A DNA stretch of 64,000 nucleotides from Macrostomum hystrix (taxonomy: Eukaryota > Animalia > Platyhelminthes), in NCBI GenBank assembly GCA_950097015.1, contig CATNEN010000039.1:13764001-13828000 (forward strand). The letters are read 5' to 3'. Below the pieces are notes generated by a model that worked only from the letters and a program-made list of their open reading frames with translations, made no database searches and was not told the DNA's origin. Positions 12,955-25,924 of the stretch are shown in pieces. Numbering within the stretch: position 1 is the first letter of the stretch; the number at the start of each line of letters is the position of its first letter. The translations under genes were made by a program, and so were the position numbers.

Positions 12955-13470
12955 CTAGAAGAATAGTTGCTGGAATCGAACTAAGAAAAGTAGCTAGAAT
13001 CGAACCAAGAACCGTAGCTAGAATCGAACCAAGAATCGTAGCTAGAATCGAACCAAGCATCGTAGCTGGCTGGAATCGAACGAAGAAAAGTAGTTTGAAT
13101 CGAACCACGAATAGTAGCTGGAATCGAAAAAGAATCGTAGCTGGAATCGAACCAAGCATCGTAGCTGGCTGGAATCGAACGAAGAAAAGTAGTTTGAATC
13201 GAACCAAAAATAGTAGCTGGAATCGAACAAAGAATCATCGTAGCTGGAATCGAACTAAGAAATGAAACTGGAATCGAACCAAGAATAGTAGCTGGAATCG
13301 AACAAAGAATCATCGTAGCTGGAATCGAACTAAGAAATGAAACTGGAATCGAACCAAGAATAGTAGCTTGAATCGAACAAAGAATCGTCGTAGCTGGAAT
13401 CGAACCAAGATAGCAGCTGGAACTAAACCAAGAATTGTAGCTGGAATCGAACCAAGAATCGTACCTAGAG
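12955..13470. repeat. ~24-bp minisatellite gct(a/g)gaatcgaaccaagaatcgta
   Basis: Tandem units whose core is reverse-complementary to the 7655 array. Confidence 0.93.
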
Positions 13471-14954
13471 TCGCATCAAGAAAATTTAGCAGTAACAGCT
13501 AATTAGTCGGTTCGGTTAAAAAGGGAAATAGTTTTTTCAACTATATTCTGAAATAATAAATCTTTTAGACTAGAGTTTCGTCCATCGAATCAAAAATTAC
13601 TGCTATATTCTCTATTTTTATCTGTGTTTTGCTTTTTAACTGTTTTCTAGATACCTATTTATTCCAACGCTGTTCTGTGTTCAGATTTTTTTGTTTAAAT
13701 GTGTCGTCCAAAATCAAATTATTGTTCTGTCCTCGGTAAAAATGTTTTATCACACTACGAATACAAATTATTTTATTTATTTGGTACACAAATATTATTT
13801 AACTGCTTTGATTCCGTTTAGTCGTACGTACCTCATATGGTCCTTGTGAAAATGTGTGTCAAACCGCAGATTAAAAAAAAGAAAAACTTAAATACATGTC
13901 TACAAGCTATTTGATGTTTATTGTCTGTCCTGCATCGAAAAAAAACTATTTTTTAACTTGTCTTTGCCTCTTCTGTAATTTAATTAGCGAAGATATTCAT
14001 TTTTATTATTAGTAGTATAGATAAATTGTAGTAGCAGTAGTAGAGAAGCACAATTAATAGAAATTAACAGTAGAACTACCAAGGGAGGGAATCCCCCCCC
14101 TGACAATTTGTTTTGCTGCACCCGAAAGGAACAATGCAAGCACACGAAACTCAAGAACACGGGCCAACTTTTTGTTGCGCATCTTCTGAAATAAGAAACA
14201 AGTCGCCAGCTCTTCAAACCGTCGAGATATTCAATGTTTCTGGCCGAAGGTCCGATTTTTCTTATAAGAGCTAGTGTATTTCATACACCCCTATAAACGA
14301 ATTTGCACTGCGCCTCAGTGCGGCCTTTCCAGACCTTCAAACTTCATCAGCATGTCACCCGAATGTGCCTGCATCATCTCCGACTTCGGCGGTCACCGGC
14401 CTTTATCTATATCTATCTCTCTTATCTATCTAGACCTTCAAGAGCTACAACAGGTGGAACTAGGCCACTTATGGACACCCTGACGCGAATTTCTCCAATT
14501 TCACTGTTCAAGCCTAACTATTAGGCGGAGCTCAACCACAGGACACCCTCAACTAGTCTGTCAACCAATCAGTCACCCCAAAGCATTTTCAGGGGGGTAT
14601 AAAAACGGGGGGCAAAATAGTAGGTAGTCCTACTGTTAATAATTAGCCTGTTTATTAAAAAGTTTATCTCGCACGTTTCTGCACTGAGCCTTCTCTTTCG
14701 TAATTAAAAAAAGCAGAGTGAGAGTGTACAATTAGTGAAGATGAGAAAGTCAGGGCAGATGTACACACCTGTGTGAGCGAGCACCTGCTTACAGTCTATG
14801 TGTGCTTGCGTGCTCAGGAGTCAGCGGAATGGACTGAATGGCCTTCTCGCTGGCTGCGGTTCTACTGTCACCATATGATGTGGCATTGCCCGCAGCCCTC
14901 CTGCAAGTTTTATTACTGTTATATAGAATACGTATAGGCGCTGCTAGGGTTAAA

Positions 14955-15180
14955 GGGGTTTTAGCCTAGTGGTCAGAGCGTCGGACTCACGACTTGTAGG
15001 TCAGGGGTTCGATTCCTGACCTCACTAGAAAAGCTTGTGTTATTTAGCAAATCACAAAACTCCGCATTGCTTCAGGTCACCCAGCTGCTAAATGGGTAGG
15101 GAATTAAGTGCCTTGCTCAAGAAGAGATTCCCCTCAAGAACGAAAATTCGAACTCCTGACCTCTCGTTCCGAATTCAGAA
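14955..15180. mobile_element. Second tRNA-SINE type with a CORE/Meta-like central motif: a forward copy and a reverse fragment, tail to tail
   Basis: Forward copy: tagcctagtgg, ggttcgattcc and cacccagctgctaaatgggta. Reverse strand: aggtcaggagttcgaat and cttgagcaaggcacttaa. Confidence 0.6.
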
Positions 15181-15731
15181 GCCAAATCTTATAAAATTTC
15201 TGTGTGCATTCCGTAAAAACTCTGTACAGAGAGGAGCGATTTCGTACGATTTTGTACGTACCAAAAAACTGCTTAAATAAAAATCAGGCACTTAAGCAGA
15301 TTGATTGGAAGGAATAAAGAAGCTAAAAAATTATTAAATATGCTTTAATCAAAGAGAATGCAACTCAATACAAGAATAAGAGTTAGGACAAAAAACAAAA
15401 ATGAAGTTTCATTATTGTGGAAAAAAATTAAAAGTCAGCAAAAATGAGCGAAAATTTTGGCCTATTGCGCAACTCTGAGGATTGTGATTTTCATATTCTT
15501 GGATATGATAAATATAACAGCACGAGAAAAAAAACAAAAAACGCGTTTAGACTACTGTTTATTGTAAGTAAGCATGCGCATTAAAATAAAAATAGTTACT
15601 TTTTAAAAATAAGTTGTAAATCGATGATACTCTTAGAGAGGGTGATTAAAATTTAACGATAAAAATTATTTCCTCCTTTTAACAAATATCGACAAATTAA
15701 AGTGACAGTAACAGCCTAGTTAGAGGCGATT

Positions 15732-18700
15732 TTACAGGTTACGAGAGAACACCTTGTGTAGACCGTGGACCAGAACAGTTGGCGGCAGGTTTCTGGTTAG
15801 AATGTCCAACTGACCCAGATATTGCTGGTGCATGCTGAAAAATAAAGCAAACAAAACAGAATGTTCAAACTGCACTACTCATTCGGCGGGTAAGTAGGCA
15901 TGTAAGAAAATACCAGGAAAAATGCTTTTGCTTATAAAAATGATCACCTGGTATCACCAGGCGGCTTGGGCAGGTAGAGAAAAGTGGCACTGGTCTCCGG
16001 GCTCTGTAGCCTGATGCACTGATTCACGGCGGTCAGATAGTCCTCACTGACAGTGCCGTCGATGCTTGGCACTGAGTCGCCAAGCACGTGGTGCCAGTCA
16101 AGCACGTGAGTCTGGGCCTGCGTTTGGAGGGCAGATTTCTCTGTTACTTATGGGGATCATTAATTAGGGCGTCTCAAGGTACTGAGGCCACAGTGGGAGG
16201 TCATTGTTTCATGAGGTCACTATACAGGGAGGTCACTATACAGGGAGGTCACTATACAGGGAGGTCACTATACAGGGAGGTCACTATACAGGGAGGTCAC
16301 TATACAGGGAGGTCACTATACAGGGAGGTCACTATACAGGGAGGTCACTATACAGGGAGGTCACTACACAGGGAGGTCACAGGGAGGTCACTATACAGGG
16401 AGGTCACTATACAGGGAGGTCACTACACAGGGAGGTCACAGGGAGGTCACTAAACAGGGAGGTCACTATACAGGGAGGTCACTATACATGCAGTGATTTT
16501 ACATAAAGCAATTTGTAGAATACAGCTCAATTAGCGACAGTTTCGCACCTGAATCCGTAGATCATTGAGCAGCAGATCCAGCTGATTGGTCAGCTCGTGC
16601 AAGTTGCTGCCGGCGTCAACGCACAGGAAGACTCGGATTCTAGACCTCCGGCGCCACCTTGGCGACGAATTGAGAATGCAAGCGAATTGCAGCTGCATCA
16701 GGCAGGTGGTGTCCATATAGCCTGACAGGCCTGGCTGGAAGAAGTTCATTGGCCAGACGTCGATTTGGCGCCTGGCGGAGGCACCGAGAACCCCCGGATC
16801 AAGGGAGTGCATATTGCGAGTTACTAGAAGCTCCTTGCCCATGCGAAGCACGTCGCAAAGCAGTCGAGTGTAGTCGCTGGGATTGGCCAGATCTCGAGTT
16901 GGCAAGGCTTCAGTTTGACGATGTCGCCGCCGGTAAGAAGAAGCCGCTATGTTGACGATACCGCGCGAGTAGGACTGTTCGGTTGACGAGTCCTCTGGAT
17001 GTTCGGAGAAGGAGAGTTAGTAGATAAGGATTCACTTATCACTAGATTATAGAGTAGTCACGATTGGTCAGGAAAGACGCAGTGGATGCAGCGTGTTTTT
17101 ATTGGCCAGGATGAGTTGGAGGGGTAAGTGAGAGTTTTCATTGGCCAAGATGAACTGGGGGGGGGTAAAGAAGATTGTTAATTCGTCAGGATGAGCTGGT
17201 GGGGTAAAGGAGAGTTTTCATTGGTCAGGATTGAGCTGGTGGGTTAAAGGAGAGTTTTCATTGGTCAGGATTTAGCTGGTGGGTTATAGGAGAGTTTTTA
17301 TTGGCCGGGTGGGAGGTAGAGTTATTTCGACGGGCAGTTTAAAAACCAGGGTCAGACTTCATATAACAGGAGTCATAAAAACGTCAAACTTATTTGCAAC
17401 GAAGTGACATTCGAAGTTAAATTCACACCCTCTTTTATCTCACCGACAGCCATTAAAATAAAACACCCTAAACTATGAAATTCCCTTTGATCTTACCGGC
17501 AACAGGCGCCTGTCTGTTCGCCTCGGTCTCGTAGAAGCCCACACAGACAGTGTTGGGCTTCATGCCTCCAAGCCCGGAGATTCTAATCAACTGCTGGGCA
17601 CCGGAGCGGACGTCAGCAGCCACAGTCAGTTCAACAAAGGCCTTCACGTGCAGCTCATCAACCACAGACAGCCAGTCGGGGAGTTCCGTCTCAGCCGGGT
17701 CTGTTTCCATCTCGTCCAGACTGCAACTGGACGGAAACACGTGACCCAGAACGTACAGGCCGCCCTTCTTTAAATCGTTGACAAATCGAATCATCTGAGC
17801 GTTGGCACGCGGACGCGACACTAGCAGAAGAATCTGCGGTCGCCAGTACTTCACGTGGTACTTGCGCGGATCTAACATCAGTAGGTATTTGCGCACCTGA
17901 ATAATTGGAAAATTAATAAGTAGCACAGTACTTTGAGCTTTGGACTTTACCATGGAAGGTCCGAAGTTCGAATCTTTGTGGACTATTGACTGAATAGTTT
18001 TTGCAGCTACTATGTCACTAGCTGTATGTCTGGCATATATGTACATTGAACTAAGTGTCATTTCTTGCTGTTAACAGTAAAAAGACCATGGGGTCTTTTT
18101 TTCTGCATCTCTCAAAATATTCAACCAATCGCCATGAAAATCCAAAACACTGACAACAATTTTCCGTTGTAACCGATAAAACAATGTGGGACTTTCACGA
18201 AAATCGGTCATTCAGTTTGGGGGCTATCGTGAGGGGGATAGTTGGTACTCTAAATACCCTCGTGGTCTTTCACTCTTAAGGATTGCATCTTATGCGCATG
18301 CCTGTAGCGCGTGATTCGCTTTCTCTGACCTTGAGTGTGTCAGTTTCTATTTTTAGATACGAATGGCTAACGTTGTACGTATTATATGCTATTTTAGCAG
18401 CCTTTGTGCTTGTGTTTTTTTATCTGACGTCAGTTTCAATTTTTAGAAGCTCGTGTGAAATTCATAGATTCATTTTTCATACCTGATGAAAGATTAGCGC
18501 CTGCGATATGGAGCCCCAGTTGACCGGCACTGAGCGCAGGTGTAATGCAATCATGAGGCCTAGCATGATCATGATGCTAACTGGAGTATAGATGTAGCTA
18601 ACTAGAAATCCCATGACTAGCGATCCGACTAGACCGGCTAGGGAAGCGCCCCAGTGGAATAGTTTGAAAGTTGGTCGAAAATTAGGCGCCGAAGCCAGGT

Positions 18701-21700
18701 CCAATGCGGCGCAGGCCAGGTTGGTGCTGGCGTAGGCCAACAGGAAGAAGCACGTCACGATTGGCGCGATGGTGTTCAGGCTGCCGATAAGCAGGACCAG
18801 CTGGAGGTGGGGCGGAGTGGGTGGAGGGGTCAATCATTGGCTAGAAAGGGGCGGAGTGGGATGGAGGGGTCTATCATTGGCTAGAAAGGGGCGGAGTGGG
18901 ATGGAGGGGTCTATCATTGGCTAGAAAGTGGCGGAGTGGGGTGGAGGGGTCTATCATTGGCTAGAAAGGGGCGGAGTGGGATGGAGGGGTCTATCATTGG
19001 CTAGAAAGGGGCGGAGTGGGGTGGAGGGGTCTATCATTGGCTAGGAAGAGGCGGAAAGAGGTGGAGGGTTGTTGACTAGCTAGGGAGTGGTGGTGGGGTG
19101 TACGGCTTTATAGTGAGTTAGAACTAATCAGGGAACACGCGCACCATGACCAGTACAAACGAGATGGCCACAGCCGGGATCGGGTTCCCGGAGGCCGTAG
19201 TGATGGCAGCCGGCCGCAGCGGCAGGCCAAACAGGCCGTCCTTGGCCAGGGCGTGCAAGATTCTGGACGCGCCAATCAGATTCCCCAGCGCGGCTGACAG
19301 AGTGGCAGCTGAGAATCCGATGACCACGAAGTACGGCCAGTAGTTGATGTTAATCAGGAAACTGTAGTCGTTGACCAACAGTTCGTACTGGCAGCTGGAC
19401 CCAATGGCCAGGCCAAGCAGAATGTAGCAGAGAAAAGTGAACATGGTGGCTAGCAATGTGCCTCGGGGAATAGACTCGGATGGCTTGCGCAACTCACCTG
19501 TCAATCAGGTATATTAATGGACATGTGATTGATGATTTACATAAATGTAGGTGGGGCCCACCCCGATATAGATTAATGCCAGCTCACCGGACATATTGGC
19601 GCCGTTCATGATGCCCGTAACACTAGAAAATAGAATAGCGAAAACCCGCGCAAAGTTCATGCTGGATGTATCGGCAATGGTATAGTCTGGTCCGTAATGT
19701 GGCAAACTGTTTTCTTGGAAAATCATCCGGTTTGGCCCAGTAAAATTGAATTTGACCGCTTCTGAGGTGCTACTGTTTGGATAGATGTATTTGTTGCGAC
19801 GCGGGATTGCAACCGATACAGGCGAATGAAAAAATAGCGACACCAGCACGGTAATGTAGCAAACAATCAGAACCTGCGGATTTTTTATTATAAGACAATT
19901 TTAATCTCCATTTAACTTTTAAAGAAGCGTTAAGTTTTTTAGGAAACGTTTGCAAACAGCATGGTAGCACTTTAGCCATAGAAAGAAGCTGATAGAGCCC
20001 GAAGGATAGTGGGATTGAGCCATAGACAGTAGCTGATAGAACCTGAAGGATAGTGGGATTGAGCCATAGACAGTAGCTGATAGAACCTGAAGGATAGTGG
20101 AATTGAGCCAACAGACAGTAGCTGATAGAACCTGAAGGATAGTGGAATTGAGCCAACAGACAGTAGCTGATAGAACCTGAAGGATAGTGGAATTGAGCCA
20201 ACAGACAGTAGCTGATAGAACCTGAAGGATAGTGGAATTGAGCCAACAGACAGTAGCTGATAGAACCTGAAGGATAGTGGGATTGAGCCATAGACAGTTG
20301 TTGATAGAACCCGAAGGATAGTGAAAATGAGCCTGTAGGAGTGGCTAATAGACCTGAAAGTAGAAACAAAAATATTGTGCGACAAAACATAAGTTACATT
20401 AATCACATTTTCTAGTAAATGTTGATGGAAAATATAGCAGAAGGGTGACCATAACTGACTTGCATTCCGTACAGTTAACGCTGAACGTAATTATCTAGGT
20501 ATTTTTATCTATTGCGTATTTCACATTTTAATCAAACTAGCTATAAACACATTTTGTGGCCTTAGCTCTTGAATATTCTTCTAAAGTAAGTAAAATAGCG
20601 AACATAATTCACTAGAAAAACAAAAAATGACGAATTGGTTATTCGCAGTTAAGAATAACATAGTTAGATTAGAGTTAGCCCTGTTTTCATCTTTAAAGCT
20701 AATCGCATTAACAGACCAATACAGACCAATTGGAACTAGCAGTATGACCAGCAGTTTCCATTGGATCTTGTACAAACACAGGTCACAGCCACACACTCAC
20801 ACTCAGGTGTGCGTGTGTTCTAATCCACACCTGTTCTAATCCGCATTGACAGTGATGCATACACCCCCGGAGGGGTCGAGTGGGTCAGCGGCTAGCGTCG
20901 CTGCCTCGCACTCCAATGGACGCTAGTTTAATTCACCCTTCAAGTCACGATTAATTTCGGGACTTGTTGGAGGGTTTGGACAGTAGCGACCGGCGGAGGT
21001 GCACCATATTTCGTGCAATCAAAGCTTGAAATAATAGCTTCGCTCCTACCTTCTGTGTGCCTGTTCTGCGTTGTGTGAGTTGTGTGCGTTGGCGCTGGGG
21101 CGTGAGGCCCTGCGGGGGGTGGGTGTACAACGTCGCGCGCTTTCTGGATTTCCATCAGCGCGATTGGATAAGTGTACACTCATCACCCGGCCCCCCCTGA
21201 GGACTGATTTCTTATCAGCCTTCAGCCCCGGCTTGGTCTGCTCTATGCGTGTGGGGCTGGGGTGGGGGGGCACTGCTGCCTATTCTGGGTGCCTCCTGCC
21301 CTCCCCGGCTGGTCTGTGCTGCTGTGTGTGGTGCCTGCTCAGGGGAGGCGGTGCGATGGGAGCTAAGCGCCGGTCTGGGGGCGTGCCGCCCCGTCGCTTG
21401 TGCGACAAGTGCCCCGGGCCCCCCTGCAAATAGATAGAGATAGATGTATACATCCGTGAGAGTGTGTGCCTTGCGTACGGTATCTGTGTGCGTGTGTGCT
21501 CAGGAGTCAGCGAAATCGGAATCAACAAATGACGAACTCACCAGCAGAATAAAGGCGGATGTTCTGGCAAAGAGCGAGCCGCCAACCAGACAGATGGCTA
21601 GGCAGGCAGACAGGATAACGAATGAGTACAGGTAGCGCCAGTAGTTACTATCGCCAGGTAGCCAGCTGCCAAGTATACCTGAATATTATTAAATAATTTG

Positions 21701-23662
21701 AATATAACAATTTCACAATTTCGGCATATTTTGTTGTTGATTTATCGTAAAACTGCAATTTCGCAATCAGTCTCACCATTGTTTCCAAAATTGTCGAGAA
21801 AGCCTTCAATGAAAGCAGATACGTACAGTCCGCAGGAGAAAATGTTGGCAATGAAGAACAATAGGCCCATAGCGCCACCGAACTCTGGGCCGAGTGTCCG
21901 ACTAATCATGACTTATCAGGCGTTTGACATTTGGTTAGGAGGAGTTAAGGAAATTTTTGGCTACAAGAAATGGCTCATTCGGCTCGTACTATTAATTAAT
22001 TAAATTAAATCCATTATCTTCAAGTTAAGGATCCACAAGAATCTACGGTTTTAGGATTAAGGATTTAGGAATGACGGCGGCTCACATCAAAGCATATTGC
22101 GAGGGCGGCGGTTCACATCAAAAGGATTTTGGTAGGGCGGCGGCTCACATCAAAGGATTTAGGAATCTCAATTGTTCATATCAAAAGGATTTAGGGTCAG
22201 GGAGGTTGGTGGTACACATCAATTGAGATTGCAAATGCGGCGGTTGACATCAAAGGGATGTCAAAAGGATTGTGGAGGCTCACTACATAGGATTTTTTAT
22301 CGAAGCGGTGGACATTTAAGGGTTTTTGGGGTGGTTTACCATGCACAACAAATGACAGTACGAGCCATAAAACAATGGTGGGTTTACATGAAAGGAACTT
22401 CGGGTTGTTAATACGAAGTTTAGGAATATTTAGATAATGAGAACATGCTAAATCATGTTTCATTTAGCTATAAAAAACTATCTGTGTTTACAAATGAGTA
22501 AAAAGGATACAGTAGACTCCACCGCCTTGGATCTCTCCATTGGTGCTGATGGCACAGATTGATAGCACAGTTAGCAGTAGAATTAGATAGGCTAACGAGA
22601 GCTCAATTGAGAAGTGAATAATACCAGACTGTCCAATGACGAATCCTACAAAGATAAAAGTAAAATATATTTCTTAGCACTAATGCATAAAAACACCATA
22701 CAAGCATATTTAGGTTCCGAATAAGTTTATCTATCTGTAGCTGAAAAACAAAATGCATAGCTATAAACTAGCTATAGCTAAAACTTATTAGTTAAACTAA
22801 TCACAACTAGATAAGTGCGTTAGACTTAGTCAAAACTTTTGAGGCAATTTTTTTAAACTTAAATATCATACCTTACCTATTTATGAAAATGAGTAAAATG
22901 TAACTCAACAATTTGCCAATGCTTATAGTTTTATATGTAACAGCTATATAATATACTAAAATGAAAATTTTTACTAACTCGATCTCCCAAATTGCTAAAC
23001 TGATTTTTTACTATTTGGGTTGCTAAAGATATAAAATACTCATAGGTCATAACTTTTATTTGTAGTCAAGGCTAGTTAAAAAAATTAGCACGTGACATTC
23101 TAATTTTCAATTTTACATCTGAATTCAGATAAAAACAAAATTTGACTATGAACATTTCATCAGTTAATAATAAAAAGTTTAAATATAAAAAAATTATTTA
23201 TTTATAATGTAATTTAAGAATTATTTATTGATATATATAGTGTATTATGAATTTATAATAAAGTAGCTGACTCTAAGATTTAGTTAGTGACTTCTTTGTG
23301 TGACTAATTTCCTAATTACTGAATATGCAATGAAAAAGCTAGGTTAAAAAATAAAAAGCAAGCTACCAGGCAAGCTACAAAAGAAAAGTTTACTTACCCA
23401 TTCTAAGGAATATAAGGGTGCTAAATTGAGACAGTGCTACTGGACAAAAGACTCCTGAGAATGTTGTCAAGGTTCGCATGCTTGACTGCTCAGAGTCTTG
23501 CATAGAATTCGGATCATAATTCAAGCTGGCATTAGGATCCCTCTCTCGGTATCCAACACCACGACCACTACTTGTAGCTTGGGAATTGCGATCAGTATTT
23601 GTAGATAGAACGCCCTGGAGCTCTTCTGATGCTAAATTTCTAGACTTCAAAAGAGAGGCCAT
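15732..23662 (-). CDS. SLC12A9: Solute carrier family 12 member 9 (CIP1)-like; about 11 coding exons
   Basis: [121 protein letters not shown] (SLC12A9-diagnostic), [13 protein letters not shown] and C-terminal [14 protein letters not shown]. Confidence 0.93.
16205..16487. repeat. 16-bp minisatellite acagggaggtcactat
   Basis: Tandem units in an SLC12A9 intron. Confidence 0.95.
18830..19070. repeat. 40-bp minisatellite ctatcattggctagaaaggggcggagtgggatggaggggt
   Basis: Tandem units. A degenerate ATTGG-containing array also lies at 17095-17310. Confidence 0.95.
19975..20355. repeat. ~45-bp minisatellite gccaacagacagtagctgatagaacctgaaggatagtggaattga
   Basis: Tandem units read directly. Confidence 0.95.
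20869..21442 (+). mobile_element. Third, long GC-rich SINE-like element
   Basis: The head resembles the family-1 tRNA head. The end cccctgcaa is followed by an (ATAG)n tail. Imperfect TSD gatgcatacaccc / gatgtatacatcc. Confidence 0.65.
21912..22510 (-). other. U12-type (minor spliceosome) GT-AG intron of SLC12A9
   Basis: Sense donor GTATCCTTT (+ strand aaaggatac at 22502-22510) and branch site TTCCTTAAC (+ strand gttaaggaa at 21944-21952). Splicing restores [14 protein letters not shown]. Confidence 0.9.
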
Positions 23663-25504
23663 AACTTTCGTCGTCCTATAGTTAGATATCAGAATAATAA
23701 GATTGTGTCACAATAGCCTTAGTCTTACTCTAAAGTATTAGCCCGTTAGACGGAGAGACGGAGGAAGCAGTGGCTTGTTCAACAGACTTATTTATTTTGA
23801 CTTTTTCTGAACACTTCAAAGGCTAGCTACCTTAAACAGGATTAAAAACAAAAGCAGAATGCTATACTGTCACTGAAGTACAATTAAAGCACTCATGTTC
23901 ACGATGAACAAAATTGCGCTGTAGTTATTTTTAGTTTTAGAGGACGTCGCCTGTCTTGTAGTTATAAAAACTTCTAAGAATAATTGGACTTTAAATTCGT
24001 GCTTCTGTTGCAAGTATGACAACTTGTTTAATAAGTTGAAATGGAACAGTAATAGATAATTATTTTTTGTCCTTTATTAAATTTACTAATTAAAAATTGA
24101 CGCAATTATTGTACTTTATAAAACTAAAAAACGAAACATTTCAAAGCTTTCTTTTTTTCTTGCACAGCGCGTGCACGTGGTGGCACTGGCAGTATGCCAA
24201 TAGGCAATATTGGCTGCTAATAGTGACTATCAATAAGTTTGGCAAAAACGTTTAATTGCTTGACTAGCTCAATAATGTCAATTTATTACATTTTGCACTT
24301 TGACTATATTATATAGCGAGTATAGTGAGTGATGCCGTAACTGTACTACTTTGTGAGAAATGAAGCTGTAGATCTACATTAGTTGTTAAGCAGCTTCAGC
24401 TATAATAGGTTTTTTAAGACCCTAGTGTTTTGTGTTATCGTCCAGTTGGTACTGAACAACTAAAAAGGCTATTGGCTAATTATAAAAAATTGAATTTATT
24501 GAGGACCTAGGCTATACATACATTCTATTTCTAAAAAAATGTAGGCCTACCGCCGCCTACTGAACCTATTGGAATAAATGTTGAAAATGTAGATTTCTGA
24601 ACGATTGAGAAAGGTGCGATTTAGCCATGTCTCTTTCTGCTGGCTGCTCAAGTCTTTTCAAGTAGCAGTTAAGTAGGAAAAGTGAGCGCAGGCACTGCAC
24701 TTTATAAAGCTAGGTGTAGGGTCAGTGTAAAGATCTAAAAAGACCACAGTGGACTGCAACAGACTAGGGCCTATGCCCTACACTGCAGGTGTGGCAGTAG
24801 GCCTAGTTCCTAATTTAATTTTACTATATGGCCTTAAGAGCTGCTGATGAACTAAAGATAAAGGGACACCCCACATTGACTGTGGAATATAATAGTAATA
24901 CTTACAAGTTAAGGCAAGGGAGAGAAAATGCAAGGATAAAGTGAGATGGTCCCATGGCAAGATAAGTGAGATCAATATTCAATCTTCATATTTCAATTCA
25001 ATATTCAAGATTCAAGATTCAATATTCAATCAATATGAGTTCATGTTATATGAATCAAGTACATACACAGCACTCACTTGTTTAATGTCAATCCTATGAC
25101 TGCAAAGCTACAAAGAAGCAGAGAAAGCATACTTTAATGAACATATCAAAAAAAGTACTTAACTAATTTGTGTGTATAAGCCTATAAGGTGTAATTTTTT
25201 AGTAGTGACATGCGTCAAGCAGTTTTAGCAGTAGGCCTATATGGTGAAATATTTGACCCATGCCTTTAGGTGAGGCAGAAATAGGATCATAAGAAGCATC
25301 CAAAAAACCATCAAAACACACTTTAAAAGTTTCTACAGTAGCAAAACATTGGCAAAACTATTTGTCCTACACATTTTTTAAAGTATACTTTGGCATCAAC
25401 ATCATACACACACTCTGGCTCAAGAGTTTGGGTCTTTGATTTAATTTTTGCTTAAAGTAAAAAATGTTTGTCTGAAAAAGTTAGGGGCTTCAAGGGCTTG
25501 TTGA

Positions 25505-25893
25505 AGTCTATGAACAAGGAGTCAGTGGCAGAGCCCTTACCATGTTTGCCTCTTGCACCATGGTCTCCAAGTTTTATTCTAGGACAAGGCCACATTTAAT
25601 TGGGATGTAGCTACTGAGAGAAGGCTTTGGAGAATTGTTGTTCAATTTGTGCTATTGAGGGCCAACCTCCAAGGCATAGGGAAATATGAAACATCTGCCC
25701 TGACAATGAGAAAGTCAAGGCAGATGTAAACAGCTGTGTGAGAGTACAATATCTATGTACTCCAGCCTGGCCTGTCTACAGTATCTATGTGTTGTTCAGG
25801 AGTCAGCAAAATGGGCAGAATTGCCTCATTGCTGGCTGTAGGTCTATTGACATTGTCACCAAATGATGTACTATTGCATGTAGCCCTCCTGCA

Positions 25894-25923
<30 letters not shown>
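25505..25923 (+). mobile_element. SINE family 1 copy, diverged
   Basis: Colinear with the 60589 element, including gagggccaacctccaaggca, caggagtcagc and the (TTA)n tail. Confidence 0.85.

Positions 25924-25924
<1 letters not shown>

Noticed and set aside
14075-14628. Possible MITE bounded by cccccctga / tcagggggg
   Set aside because: The inverted match is short and low-complexity, and no TSD could be fixed.
14955-15025. Possible tRNA gene
   Set aside because: Acceptor and anticodon stems pair poorly, and the sequence continues into a SINE-like body.
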